Assembly: GCF_000315625.1 (NCBI RefSeq) | Contig: NW_005434633.1 | Location: 561,921-611,318, forward strand | Source: Guillardia theta CCMP2712 | Taxonomy: Eukaryota > Protista > Cryptophyta | Direction: 5' to 3' | DNA: 49,398 nucleotides | In this document: positions 23,991 through 36,269 of the stretch, piece after piece | Position numbering within the stretch: position 1 is the first letter of the stretch | Layout: each line of letters starts with the position of its first letter | Position numbers and translations under genes: made by a program | Notes under the pieces: model-generated | The model's input: only the letters and a program-made list of their open reading frames with translations | The model's database searches: none | Told to the model about the DNA's origin: nothing

Positions 23991-25584
23991 TCATTGGATC
24001 TCAAAGACTTCTCCGATTGCTTTGCAGCTCAGCTCCCACTGCCAAGGAAGAGAGTTATCAACGTTAATTGCACGCTCTCAGTTGGAAACGAGATAAAAGA
24101 TCGCATGCGCAAAACACTCGAACATATAAGGAGAATCCTTTCATTCTCGGTAGACAGGAGGCCATGATTGAATCAAGGCAGGGATGAAAGAGGCAGGCGG
24201 GGACTTGAGAGGTTGGCAAGAAAGTTTGAGGGGGAGGGAGGGGAGAGGAGAAGCAAGCATCAACAGCAAGGATACGAGGGGATTACAAGCATATTCTTCG
24301 AGTCCTCGTAGGTGAGAAGCTTCTCTGGTTTGAGCTTCTGAGGTTTTCCTGTCATCGACTTGGGTCCCCAGAGTTCTCCGGAGTTTGCGTCAGGCCCACA
24401 CATGCACTGAGTTGCAGAGCAGAATCAGAGGAAAGGGAAGCAGCGGAAATGACCATCTGATGCTAAACCTGAATTATGCCCATCGATCCGTCTTCAGCAG
24501 ATTGACTAAATGTCATCAGAAGGGACAGTATCGACTCCATCATTCCGCCGCTGTCCTTGGACGTCGTCACCTCGCAGGGGTTCAGAGGCCCTCAAGTTCC
24601 AGCAGGGCTCTGCACCTGTAGGTTGGTAGCTGCGAGCCCTGGATGGGCTACGAGGGCCTTGACCTGGCTCGGCGATCACGTACTGCAGGTTAGAAGAGTC
24701 GAACGGCTGTCACCTTGCTGTTTGCGGCCTGAAGTTTGTCGTGCATAGCGAATGTAAACACGCAGTTTGCCAACTTTGTCTGCAGTGACTGTCAGGAGCA
24801 GCAAGGCTGTGTTGGCATCGTTGGGACTGACCTGATGATACCTTCCCATCTTAGCCAACATTCCATTTCCACCGAGGTCTGTCGTCTTTTTTTCGAGGTA
24901 CTGCAAGTCATTCGAAATGAGTGGTAGTGCCTTCAAACACGATCTGCGACCTCAGCCTTGAGCTTGGTGGGAGGAGCCTTCCGAGCTTCACTGCTATGGT
25001 TGACAACACGTGCTTCGCCTGCCAGGTTGCTTATCCCGCTGCTCAGATTCCACGACTCTAACCTGTGGCTGCTGCTTTCTTGGCGAGGAGCGGAAAAAGT
25101 TCTTTGGTCAAGAGGAAGTGAGAGAGGTGGTTGACAGTCATCTGATGCATCTGATCAGAGACATCTTGCTTCTCTGTCAAAGTACCTCTCGATCAAAACC
25201 GTCTTCTCCCTTCCCACTCTCCATCATCATGATCCCCGCGTTGTTGCAGAGGACGTCGATGCCTTCGGGATACCTCTCACGAATCTCAGCTGCAGCTTTC
25301 CTGACACTCTTAAACGCTTGAAGGTCACACTCCACCATGACGACCTCCGCCGAAGGCACTTCCTCCTTGATGCTCTTCCATGCTTTTTCTGCTCGCTCGC
25401 TCTGCCTGTTGAGCATGAGCACGGTAGCACCTTTCTGTGCACAGGCCTTTGCAGCAATGTATCCTGTTCCTGTGGTACAGCCAGTGATGGCGACAACCTT
25501 GCCGGACATGGAGGGAAGCTCCTTCATCATTTGGGGGAACCATTTCGGTTGTCTATTTGCTGGAGATGAATATGACAACCCCAT
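23991..25584 (-). CDS. Short-chain dehydrogenase/reductase (retinol dehydrogenase/WWOX-like)
   Basis: GKVVAITGCTTGTG, IDVLCNNAGIM, VNHLSHFLLT, RVVNHSS, RYHQ..KLAN, AHPGLAATNL and terminal exon WELSCKAIGEVFEIQ*; start MGLSYS assumed. Confidence 0.9.
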
Positions 25585-26153
25585 CCTGCTACACATCTGT
25601 CAACTTACGTACGAGATATGCCAACTTAATCATCAAAAAGATCAGCTGTGTTTTCATCGTTGCAACAATCATTGATGAGGTCATCATCACAGTAATCGCA
25701 TCATGCTGATATACAACAATCTTGACACATGCTCAGCATCTTTCTCCTTCCAACATCTCAATGTTGGTTGCACGTACCTCTTGAGCCTTCTCTATATTGA
25801 GCCTTGGTAGTCTACATCAGTCAATTTAAAACCACTTGTAGTAACAATCCTATCATCTGAATAGGGCAGCAACGATGAAATAGCAATGGTATAGATTTCA
25901 TTCACCACAAGGTGGGGGCAGTAGATTGGTACAGGCATGGTCAGAATGGGCGATACGGGGAGAGGACTGGAGGAGGAGGAGGAGGAGAGAACAAGGTGAA
26001 CACAGGAAGACATCAAGTCCTTGCTAGATAAGCTGCTTCCCAGCTTGTTTCGTTGACGACTTCTTCCAGCGGGTGAGCCAGTACCGGTTTCAGTGATACA
26101 CGTCGAGCCGCACGTGCAGTTGGTAGTCGGGGGAGAGGTCGGAGAAGGAGAAG

Positions 26154-27326
26154 ATGGAGATGGAGGGAGATGAAGAGGGGGGGGGAGAGATCCTCAGCGA
26201 TGAAGACGTGGACGAGGACGACGAGCTCGATCTCGATTGGAAACTCGGTTTTGTAGAGAAGCCCAAGGTGGAAAAATCTCTCTCCATTGTTCATCTCTAA
26301 CGACTGGATCAGTGTGCCAAGGCGCTAAGAGCTGAATTCTTCCCCTCTAAGGTAGGAGGACGACCAGCATGGCTGGATCCGAAGAATCTTCCTGCTGCTC
26401 ACCAACTTCGCTGCGGCGCTGAAGGATCAGAGGGGAAATGTGACCGACTGCTCTCCTTCCTGCTACAGATCTATGCTCCTGTTCCTGACGGACCGGAACA
26501 TGCTTTTCATCGCTCCATCTTCATCTTCTTCTGCCCCGAGTGCTGCGGTAAGGATGGAAGCATACGCGCTCTGCGTTGCCAGCTCCCTCGGGAGAATCAG
26601 TTCTACTCGTTCGACCCGCCTGAGTACCCAAACGACGACGAGGAGGAGCCGAGAGTGCAGGAGATGAGAGAAGCAGGAGACGTCGACTTGAACCAGGTCA
26701 TCAGCGGGAAGGAAGAGGCGAACAAGACGTTCGCTTCCGGGCTCTACCGAGAAGCAGTCGAGGCGTACAGGTTGACCTTGAAGGCTGTGGAGGAGGAGGT
26801 GGTCGAGTATCTACCGAACTGTGTGAGAAAGGAGGTATCGAAGATTCGATCGAACATTGCAGAGGCAAGTGACAGGATGATCATTTCTCAGCTATGCTCC
26901 TGCTGTTCTCTTGCTGTTCTCCTGCTGTTCTCCTGCTGTTCTCCTGCTCTTCTGCTCGTGTCTTCAGTCTCTTTACATGATAATCATGTTCAGTGCTTCC
27001 TGAAACTCGCGGAATATGACGAGGCGATAGAGGAGAGTACCAAGGCGCTGGAAGCAGGAAAGAGGAGGAGGAGAAGGATAGTCGACAGAAAGTGACATGT
27101 CCTTCAGATCCTCTCAATGTGAAGGCTCTCTTTCGAAGATCCAAGGCTTCTTTGAGCTCGCTTCACGTGATGACGCGGTTGCTTCTCCTTGCACTCCTTG
27201 TCCTGCTCCAAACCTCTCCTCCTTATGTTCCTACTTGTGATTCCTCTCCTCCTCTATCCCTCCTTCATTTCGAACACTACCTCCACCACCACCACCACCA
27301 CCACCACCACCACCACCACCACCACC

Positions 27327-27378
<52 letters not shown>

Positions 27379-29451
27379 GCCGCAGCAGCAGCCGCAGCAG
27401 AGGCAGAGGCAGCAGAGGCAGCAGCAGCAACAACACCAACAACAGCAACAACATCAACAATAGCAGCAGCAGCAACAGTAGCAGAGGCAGCAGCAGCAGC
27501 AGCAGCAACAGCAAAAACATCAACAATAACAGCAGCAGCAACATTAGCAGAGGCGGCGGCGGCGGCGGCAGCAGCAGCAGCAGCAGCAATATTTCCTGCT
27601 CTAACACTTCCTCCTTTGCTTCCTCCTCTTCCTTTTCTACACCTTCGTTTCCTCCTCAGTTCGTACCGCGCTCTGTTTGCCTGATTGCGATGCAGACGGC
27701 GATTGGCGCTCTCCATGAAAGCAAGAAGGTCGAGACGCGGGTTGATAACCCGATTGAAATGACGAATGATGACTCAGGATCTCGACAATGCTCTTGATAT
27801 CGATCAAGATTGTGAACCGGCTCGACATCTCCTGCGACAAGTAGTAGAAGATGCAGATTATGTTGAACGGGGAGCTGATGATGATGATGATGATGATGAC
27901 GATGATGATGACGATGATGATTACGATGATAATAGTTGAAATTGTGGTAGGATTTGTGGTAGTGATGATGATTATTGTAGTTTGGTCCAAGATGTTACAA
28001 CTGAAGTAATGCACCACAGGTGAAAGACAAGTCTGTCATGAGCATTCAGTTTCGAGAGCAAGAGATCGTGATCGAGGACGAGGAGGTCTGTCTGCCCACA
28101 AGTTTGTATGTCTTGACTGTCCGTGCTGCAGCTGTCGGATGATGAAATGGACGTGGAACATCTCAAAGAGCTCGAGCGGAAATACGAGGAGAAGGTGAGG
28201 GAGGAGCCGACATGCGCAATGTGACATGCTGGAAGGTCAAGGCCGGAGAGAACCCTACAGGAGAGGATGGGGAGCTTGATCAGGTGAGCTGCTGCGATGA
28301 GGAGGAGAGGAGCAGGAATGGAGGAAGGGAGGAGAGGTGGAGAGAGGAGGAGATGGGGAGGGGGAGGAAGGGAGGAGAGGGGGGGAAGGGAGGAGAAGGG
28401 GAGGATGGCCGAGGGGAGGAGGCGATGACCAGTGGGCTCTAGGTGGGGAAGGATGGGCAAGGGAAGATCGGTAAGAGACTTTGATGGGAGGGAGACGTCG
28501 GTGAGGATGGATGGTAGATCCTGCATTCTTCCGCTTCAAGCTGCGGGTCGATCACAACAAGGATCAGTGTATCAGGTGAGGAGGGAGGGGACTCGTCGTT
28601 TGCTCATCATCCTCAGGTATTGCTTCTCTCCTGACGTCAACCCCTTCTGGATCTCCAAAGATCGTCAGATCTCTTCCCAAGGTTTCTTGCCCCTTCCCCT
28701 GCTGCTCCTGCGCCTGCTGCTGCTGCACCGGCTCCTGCTTCTGCGTCACTTGACTTGTTCTTCTCTTCTCTCTGTTCCTCTGGCACTCTCATCAGCTGAT
28801 TTCTTGTGGCTGCTTGACTGCAGAAGTTCCATGCTGTCCTAGTTGTGGAGCAAAGAGACATTTTGAGTTTCAGGTCCCCTTCCCCTCCTCTCCTCTCTTC
28901 CTCCATGTCGTTCCGTACCGTCTCCATCAATCCTCTTCCTCCCTCTAGCTCCAGACTTAAACTCTCCCTGCCTTGTGCTGGAGTTTCAGCTCACAGCAGG
29001 AGCAGATTATGCCGCAGCTGCTCTATTACTTGAAGTCGGACGGGAAGAAGAAGAAGAAGAGCGAAGAGTAAGCTCGTGCTGGGTGGGGGAGCCACTGACG
29101 TCATTCTTTCTCTCCTTCAGTTTCAAATTCGATTGGGGAGTCATCGCTATCTACAGCTGCTCAGGTTGGTCCCCATTTCTATCTCTGCCTCCTCCTCTTC
29201 GTCGTCGTCACTGTTCTCCTCTTCCTCGTCCATTTCTTCCATCTCCTGCTTGTCCTCGTCGTCCTCTAGATGCCCTGTGTCTTGATTCTTGTCCTTGTTC
29301 TTGTAAAACCCACAACCTTCTTCCTCGTCGACATCTCACATGGTGTATTGTGACAACTTCAACAGGATCGTGCCAAACGCTAGCAAGCTCCTCCTCCTCC
29401 TCCTCCTCCTACTTGGAGGAATTCGTCTGGTTTCAGCCTCAGCCATCATGA
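26154..29451 (+). CDS. PDCD2: PDCD2-like protein with internal TPR domain instead of zf-MYND
   Basis: N-domain LGFVEKP|..[48 protein letters not shown], followed by TPRs. PDCD2_C: [16 protein letters not shown]|[18 protein letters not shown]|[21 protein letters not shown] and YLEEFVW. Confidence 0.88.
27280..27590. repeat. Compound intronic trinucleotide microsatellite (CAC)n(CAA)n(CAG)n(GGC)n
   Basis: Direct reading; inside a PDCD2 intron. Confidence 0.9.
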
Positions 29452-31750
29452 GGGGACATGAGCGAGTTGCCGCGGCTGTCCGCCTCAGAGCCGAGGGGGG
29501 AGGAGGTAAGCGACTCGTTGGCGTCCAGAGTCCTTTACATTCATCAGCTCCTGACGTCATGAAAATTTTCATCTCACCTGTCAGATGCCGAGAAAGCATC
29601 CCGCCCCTCCTCCTCCTCCACCTCCTCCTCTCTTCCTCCTTCCTGCGAGTGGAAGACATCAGATCGGAAGGAGACAGCAGCGGGGAAGGACCTGCTCCCT
29701 TCCTCCCACTGGGTAGAAACTCCCGCGGCTGCAGCCATCCTGAGCTTAACAACATGCGCGGTCACGCATCACCTCTGCGGCCTGACGACCATCCGATCGC
29801 TCCTGTCGGTTTCGACTTCTTCGCTTCCTTCGCTGCCTGAACGAGCCTGTCCCAACATCATCGTCATTGTCGTTGTAGTCTCCGTGATAATGAGTAGTGA
29901 GTGTGCTGAGGTGCTGGGGAGACGGTGTAGGGGGATGATGATGAGGAGGAGCAGGGGGAGCAAGCAATGTGGTGGTGTAGGAAGCAGGGAGGAGGAGGTG
30001 TACCTGTCGCTGGTAGTGGAGCCGCATCAGCTGCTCTACCTCCTCGTCCTCCAAGTCGATCTCGTCGTACATGTTTTCGTACGAAGTCTCTTCGTATTCA
30101 GATTCTCCTTCACCCCCCTGCCTTCTCGTCACTCTTCAACTTCCATGCGCATGACTCAGACCTCTTGTGCAGCCCACGCCTCGTTCTCTGCATCTTCCTC
30201 CTCCTTCTGCCGCTGCACCAGCGCCCACTGCCCCCAGCGAGTGAGTCTACATGCTCAGAGGCCCCGCCACCTCTCCTCACCTCCTCGTCGGAGATGGCGG
30301 GAACTGAAGGAGGACGAGGACGAGCAACTTCCACAGACCTGCAGGCAGAGAGTTTGCGGGAGGAGGGGAGGGAAAGACGAAAACCTATGGGTGGGATGGT
30401 CGTCGTACCCGCTGGCGGCACTTCGAGCTGTGTTACGAGCAGAGTCCCTGCTGCCTCTTGAGGAGAGAGGGTCCCGAGGAGAGCGATCCGAAGACGCTTG
30501 CAGCTTCATCATGTCCTGTAGAGCCTCTTGCAGCTTCAGCCGCATCTCCCGCTCCCTCTTCAGCTCTGCTTCCACGTCTTCTAGCCTCCTCCCTCGCTTC
30601 GAATCAGAGTTCGAGGCCTCGGTTGTGATCCCCACCTCCACCTCCTCCTCCTCCTCCTCAATACGACTCACTTCATCTCGCTCCTCCACTGCTCTTCGCT
30701 CCCCTTCAGCATCCTTCAATCTCACGTTCTCCTCTTCTAGCAAACGCAGGCGATCTTGAAGCGCGCTCTCCCTTGTCTTCAGCGCCTCATACGCGGCGTA
30801 AGAAACGTTGTCGCTGTCACTAGTGGGAACAAGTTCGATCTTCGCGTCATAGACCGTTTTGATCTGACGCAGCAGCTCTGCGAAGTTCTTGTCGATCGCG
30901 ATGATGTCAGCAAACAGATCCTGTCAAGAAATGAGATGCGAGAGGGAGGTGAGCGATCAACCTTATAGATCTGAAAGCTGCTCGCCTCATCCTCCGCCAT
31001 CCGGAGCTTCTCAGTGATGGCGACCTGCATCTTCAGCGCTTGGCTTCGAAACCCAAACTTGAGCTTGCTGCCAAGGACGTCGTCTGTTTCCACAGCCTGA
31101 AGGTTGATCGAGGAGCCATCGTAGGCCTTGAAAGACTTCCACGTGTCCTTGAACATGCTCCCCAGCCTGCTGGACTTCCTCTCGATCAGACGAGATCGAT
31201 GCTGCTTCACTGGCTGCTCCTCCAAAGCTCCATCCTCCATCGTAGAGAAGTCAAATCGGCTGCGTGGGCCTGATGACTGCTGTGTGGATTCTAGAGGCGA
31301 GGGCGGCATGGCTGAGGGCTTCAGGCGATGCATGTTCGACGCTACTTCTCCTGCTGGGCTCCTGACGTCTTGAGATCCTGACCCCTTCTCCTCCAGATGC
31401 CCAGCGGTTCCGATTCTCGTCGTTTGCTCCTTCTGCTTGCGGATGAAAGCTGAGAGCGGGCGGGGAGGTTTGCCGTCCTTCTTCAAGACCGATGCAGATA
31501 AAGGGCGTCTCTGCATGGTATGTCCCGGGGCTTTGTCTCGCTTCCCACCTCCCTGCTCGAAGTTGGCATCGAACAGCATCAGTTTGGCCGGATAGGTCGC
31601 CCCTCGCTTTCCGTTCTGCATGGGGGAGAGAAAGTGGCTAGGGAGGGTGTTGCCCCTTGTATACATCGAGGAGGGTCGATCTCGCTTGTCTCCCTTGTCG
31701 ACTTCAACCCACGTCACTGCCTTGGGTAGGTCTGTTGTCACGGGCCTCAT
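29439..31750 (-). CDS. Hypothetical coiled-coil protein, multi-exon
   Basis: Long exon 31750-~30975, coiled-coil exons (EEENVRLKDAEG.., ELKREREMRLKLQEALQD) and last exon [14 protein letters not shown]; the 5' end may extend to ~31950. Confidence 0.6.
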
Positions 31751-32665
31751 CCCTTTTTCACTCGCGTGCCTCCGCTTCGCTCAATAGTCCCCTTCTCTCA
31801 TGCGGCGAACTGTTGAACCATGTTCCACCTGCGCCCCCAGCTCCTCCCTCTACAATCTTCCTGTTCTCCTTCACTCAAGCTCTCGTCGCGCTCTTCCTCT
31901 TCCTTCGCTCTCCCTTGTCCCCTTCTTGCCTCGTCCTTCCCGACCATTTTTTAACCGCTACCTAAAAACTCAAAAAGTTGAAAACCGCCGCGCGGGCATC
32001 ACCGAGCCAAAACAGCTAGTACTGGCCGGGCCCGCCCCGGCGGGGTGCGCGGCCAGGGCGGCCTGGGTAGAAAATTTCACCACTGTGAGAACTTGAAGTT
32101 GGCACTAGTGTCGCAGCCGCCGCCGGCCGGGTGAAGCCTCCTACAGGGCGCGGCAGACGGTGATCCGACTCGTGGTGAGGTGTCCACTCTTCAGTGGCCC
32201 TGCGCAGCAACGATTTTCCTAAGAGCGAGTACTACTACCCTCCCACACGCCTTCTCAAAGCCTTGAAATAGGGTACACCCACATGGCATGAAATGAAGGG
32301 ACCCCTCAGGCCCTTCGTAAAAAAAAAATGAAAGTTGCCAATTTTTCCTACCAGCGCCCGGCCGGAAAAGCAACTTGCTTGGCAACGCTATGGCCCGGCC
32401 GGCTAGTATGCACTTGAACGCATCCGGTCCAGGATCTTTCAAGTTTCGTCACCGTGCGGCTTGTCCTTCGCTGCCATCATCGCGCCGTGCCACGGTGTGG
32501 CCCACGACTACTTGAAGTCACTAAATGCCCCGCCGGGCCCTCCGGAGTCCCGACCGTGGCATGACACTGATATCGGACTGGCCCTGAGGCTGAGGGCCCA
32601 CCCGAGCGTTTGACCGCTCAAAAGTTCCACACCACTGCTGACTGCGGCGGCAGGGAGGCCAGCCC

Positions 32666-33934
32666 ATGGCAGGGTCAGGGCAAGAGCAACGCAGGGGGTC
32701 GGGGTATGGAGCACTGAGTGAGCGCAGGGGATCGGGGTATGGAGTCTCGGAGCAAAGGTCGAGCGTTCCTGCTCTGTTCCAGTCGATGGAGACTTCAAAG
32801 GACCATGTTCCCCCTCGCAGAGGCGTCGCTATCGTTCTTCCTTCTGCTGCATTCGCTTCGGCAGAGCAGTCTGAGGAATACCTTCAAAACGGGGCAGTAT
32901 GCTGTAACTTCGGCCCAGGAGTTGCAGCAGTCATGCAGGACAGCAAGGAGTGGACGGATCAGAAGTGGGTGCTGCTGAAGATACAGAGGGAGATACAGCA
33001 GCAGCGGCAGAAGAAACTCTCGAATGCCGGGCAGGAGGATTTTGAAGGTAATAGAGACGAGGGAGGGGTTGGAGAGCATAGGCGAGAAAGAAAGGAAGAA
33101 AGCCAGGAACATGCAGACGATCAGTCAAGGGCACGTTACCTTCGCGACATGGTAAGTGTAGCCTAGACACTCTTGGGTTTGGACATTTTCTACAGGAGCG
33201 GCTTCAACGGCAGTACAACGAGTCATGGAAGAAGTTCAAGGATTGCCCGCAGGTGTCTCTTCACACGTTTACCCCCTCCCCTGATCTCGTGTCAAGTCGG
33301 CGACGATGATTTCTCAGCTCAGAGAGATGAAGGTCGATGACAGCTTGAGGACGGGTAGGCTTGTCAACCGTGGTCCTTCCCTGAAGCTGCCGAGCAGCCA
33401 AGCTGATGCGCATGGCGGATCACAACATGAAGCAGTTGAAGAGAGAGGAGGTCCAGCGCCTTGAGGTCTTTGGGGTGATGGCACATGTCAAGACCAACCA
33501 GGTCCCCCGTCCTCCGCTCTTTCCTCGGTACCTGACCTGGGCTGCAGGTCCACACGGGAGTCCAGGAGCCGCTGGAAAGGTTGTCAGGCAAGGGGCTCAT
33601 GAAGCTCAGACAGAAGGAGCACAAACATCTCACAGGTCGAGTCGGGGGGGGGTGCTGGTTGGAGAAGAGGGAGATGGCCGGGGGAAGGGGAGGGGTTGAC
33701 ATGTGTTGGAGAGTGAGGGTTGGGAGAAGGGGAAGAGGGCCGGGTGGAAGGGGGGGAGGGGAAGTGGGGGAGGGGTTGGAGGGGTTGATGTGTTGTTGAC
33801 TCGGGATGATAAAGTATGAGAGTGAGATGGTTTCAGACATGGGACATATTCGACGCTGCACGGACCCAGACTTATACCTGAGGGCGAAGGAGCAGGAGAC
33901 TGTAGAGTTCGAGCGGAAAAAGCATAAGAATTAG
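32666..33934 (+). CDS. Hypothetical helical protein, multi-exon
   Basis: Exon 1 MAGSGQEQRRGSGYG..RARYLRDM|, then ERLQRQYNESWKKFKDCPQ| and ..RAKEQETVEFERKKHKN*; GT-AG introns keep frame where checked. Confidence 0.6.
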
Positions 33935-34245
33935 TCACGATCATATGAGAGCCTCACACTCTTGCAGCACATGGTCCTTGTGCTAGAAGCTCCTGATTTT
34001 CTCTCCATTGCTTCCAGCCACACCCCTCTCTCCCTGTCATTTCGTTCCGTTTGTCTCCAGCAGCATCTCCATCCTCATATCTGCTTGGATTCTTCCTTCC
34101 CCCTCCTCCTCCTCCTTGTCCGCCGCATGTCTTGCTAGATTTCTTTCCTGTCCCCAACCCGATCTCAATTTTTTTTATTACTGGTGCACCGGATAGTCGC
34201 AACCCCCCGCCCCCCCCTCCTAGGGGTTCGCGATGGCGTGAAGGG

Positions 34246-36106
34246 ATGTCAGCTCCAGCGGAGCCTCCTGGTGAGAGAGGGCGGCGAGACTTGGGCGATC
34301 TCATCTCCCAGCTGGTCATCGAGACGTACAAGACTCTGCCCAAGAGCGGCAAGCCCAACGCTGGCGAGTGGACCATCTTGGCGGGGATCGTGGCTACTCG
34401 AGTGAAGTGTAAAGCATCGCACGAGGATCATGCCCCATCCCCTCATTCCTCACTCGATCCCTCTGAGCTCGAATTTCGCCTCCTCTCCCTCGCCACGGGA
34501 AACAAATGCCTGGGAGCGTCGAAGCTGAGGGGAGACGGGAGAGTCCTGAACGACTCGCATGCAGAGGTTCTAGCTCGCAGAGCCTTCATGAGCTTTCTCT
34601 ACTCTCAAGTAGAGCTCTTCCTCGAGGACGACCGCCATCTCTGTCTGCTCGACAGAAGCTCCAAGCTCGATCAGGGAGCGGCCAGCAGGCTCAGGCTCAA
34701 GCATGCATGCCAGCTTCACTTGTACGTCAGCCAGGCTCCCTGCGGTGACGCCTCAAACTTTGAGATCGGAGAGGCGAACCTGTGCGTGAGCTGCCGGCTA
34801 GACCGTTGAGTCAGCTCGTTGAGCCTGCTGATGCAGGGAGGGAGGAGGCGGAGAGGCCCCGGCAAAGAGGATCAAGATCAGCACAGACGAGCACAGGTTT
34901 CTCTCTGCCCCGCGCCCTTCACCTCTCAACTAGTTGTTCACAGAGCTGTGGAGATCTCCGACAACGTCAACCGGACAGGCGCCAAGACGATCGGCAACGA
35001 GGCAGCAGGGAGAGGGGAGTCGCTTCTCAGCATCAAGCCAGGCAGGGGCGACAGGACGCAGAGCCTGTCATGCTCGGACAAGGCGAGAGAGCGACGAGGT
35101 CACTTGCTCTCGTGCTAATCTGCCAGTTCAGATCGCGCGCTGGAATGTGCTTGGACTCCAAGGAGCGCTTCTTGCGCAGTTGATGGACCCCGTCTACCTC
35201 AGGTGAGCCAGGGGGTTCAGGCTTGAGGGCCTTCCAGCGGAGCTGACTTGCTTCAGAACGGTGATAGTGTCAGAAGCAACCTACAGCAAAGCTGCTCTGT
35301 CAAGAGCCCTCCATGATCGCCTTGTAACCATCCAAGATCAGATATCACCGCCGTAACGCTCGATTGCATGCGTTTCACCTGCGACGTTTGTCCAACATGA
35401 ATGGTGCAGGTTCATCTTGAACGAGCCGTCACTTCTGAGCAGCCGGATATCATTTCCAAGCTCGAGGGAGAGCGTGGAGAAGGCTGTGCTTGTACCCGCT
35501 GCTCTTGGAGCGAACTAGGGTTGAGTGCCGTGCAGGAGGCCGTCGGCACTCAGAAGAGGCTTCAGTGCAACCCTGCGGGGTCGTCAGGTAGGAGAGCAGC
35601 TGAAGGGCGAGGCCTTGTTTGAGGTTTCTCCTCTCAGTGAACTGGACGGCGGGCAAGAAGAGCCGATGGCTCTCATGCGAGGAAGCAGCGCGGGGGGGTG
35701 AGTGTTGCTAGAGCCCTTCTCGTCTGATGGCTCCCAGCGTCTTCACAGGACGGCGAGAGCGAAGCTACCATCGGCGGTACAGGCTTCCGGCTCGGTCAGA
35801 TCGCAACCTCTTCATCATCTCAAGCTCTTCATCTTCTTACTTGAGTCAGGCACCACCAAGAAGTCTCTCGGCACCGACGCCTCCACCTCGCGCATCAGCA
35901 AACTTAACCTCCTTCGACGGCACTGCCAGGTGCTTGAGCTAAACAAGAGTCGCGAAGTTCCCTGCAAGGGGTCAGCTGGGAGGTACATCAGCCTGAAGCG
36001 CTCTTGTGAAGAGTACACCAAGAATCGTGCCGTCTTGTTCGGGGCCGCATCTCCGTTTCATGCCTGGCCCGTGAACGATGAGGCCCTGGAAGATTTTACT
36101 GCTTGA
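34246..36106 (+). CDS. ADAT1: tRNA-specific adenosine deaminase 1 (A37-to-I, ADAT1/Tad1)
   Basis: LPKSGKP..EWTILAGIV, LATGNKC, LNDSHAEVLARR, HLYVSQAPCGDAS, RTGAK and KPGRGD..SCSDK|IARWNVLGLQGALL; no dsRBD seen. Confidence 0.88.
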
Positions 36107-36269
36107 CATGTCCCAAACACAAACAAGCAGGAGAACAATTTCAAAATTTCTTATAACAATTCAAAACCAGAAAATCCCACGACTGATCGCTGTGGCAGTG
36201 GGACTGCTAGGCGACAGAAAGCGAGGGAAGGAGATCCTATTCATGCTCATCTTCTCCAGTATCTACACT

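Noticed and set aside
25620-25715. C/D-box snoRNA in the SDR 5' intron
   Set aside because: ATGATG/CTGA words are common in this GAT-rich sequence, and no convincing box spacing or guide was found
27189-28017. Poly-H/Q/T/L/A ORFs
   Set aside because: Translations of intronic microsatellites; the same applies to most low-complexity ORFs in the track (e.g. 139-1197, 12124-12619, 17577-17982)
34246-36106. ADAR mRNA editase
   Set aside because: No dsRNA-binding domain; the deaminase-only architecture and N-terminal LPKSGKP..EWT motif fit ADAT1
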